A stretch of 61,797 bases of DNA, filler included, from Pirum gemmata (Eukaryota): assembly GCA_002812295.1 (NCBI GenBank). It is 20 parts of 20 records of this genome, joined end to end, with 100 filler letters (N's around TTAATTAATTAA, not from the genome) between each part and the next. Parts side by side here need not be neighbours in the genome. Positions count along the whole stretch, not along the records: positions 58,950 to 61,797 come from PDIN01004421.1; 19 more parts are not named here. One strand, written 5' to 3'. The translations under genes were made by a program, and so were the position numbers. Positions 61,366 to 61,797 of this stretch are shown piece by piece. The notes beneath the pieces were generated by a model. The model was given only the letters and a program-made list of their open reading frames with translations. It ran no database searches and was not told the DNA's origin. The number at the start of each line of letters is the position of its first letter. Position 1 is the stretch's first letter.

Positions 61366-61797
61366 TTTCTGACCGGTATCATATAAAAAATAAAATAAAT
61401 AAATAGTCTAATAAATATCATAAATAATAAATATATATCATAATAATATAAAAGGGAGCGTTCAATAAGGACTTCCTCCATTTTAGAGGGGTTCGAATAA
61501 GGGGCTCGGAGCCTCGGACCACACTTCGACCACCTTTGCCCCCTTGTTAACTTTTCGTCATTTTGAGATTTCTTACGTACCCGAGAACGTCATTTTTCAC
61601 AGCTCGATTGTGTTTTTCAATGGTGTTGTCTAGTTCAAAAACTGAAATAAACGTACCAAATTTAATATGGTTAAGACATGTTTTAATTAATTTGATATTT
61701 TATACTTATTTTTTTATTTTATAAACAAGTTCAATTATACACTTAAATAGTACCAAATTAAAGATTGAGGGGGCAACTGTAATGGAATAGACGATAG

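Overview
This is not one continuous locus. It is about 20 short eukaryotic contigs/scaffolds (mostly ~2.8 kb) joined by 19 artificial N44-TTAATTAATTAA-N44 spacers, so adjacency across a spacer means nothing. The DNA is very AT-rich, with GT-AG introns packed with microsatellites and interstitial (TTAGGG)n-type repeats, and several MITE-like families. The gene content (integrin-beta-like EGF exons, tyrosine-motif receptors, RGS, bHLH-ZIP) suggests a unicellular holozoan such as an ichthyosporean; this is inference only. Recognisable genes: ornithine decarboxylase antizyme with an intact TCC-TGA +1 frameshift site, the FATC exon of an SMG1-like PIKK (absent from the ORF track), a nucleolin/Nsr1-like RRM-RGG 3' end, a PRP8 fragment, a POT/PTR2 transporter 3' exon, a PLOD-type glycosyltransferase 3' exon and a secreted tandem CaMKII-hub/SnoaL-like protein. 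The best leads are: (i) unusual fusions (RGS + DUF4395-like membrane domain; ThrE exporter + Ca-binding C2; DCX-like + bHLH-ZIP + PAS-like); (ii) a clean 270-nt exon with one in-frame TGA near a Cys (selenocysteine candidate); (iii) a recurring pattern in which gene ends or exon/intron junctions are tandemly echoed into ~175-230 bp arrays; (iv) an intron-containing gene built from a repeat resembling giant-virus/phage structural-protein modules. All family calls come from motif recognition by eye; no searches were run.
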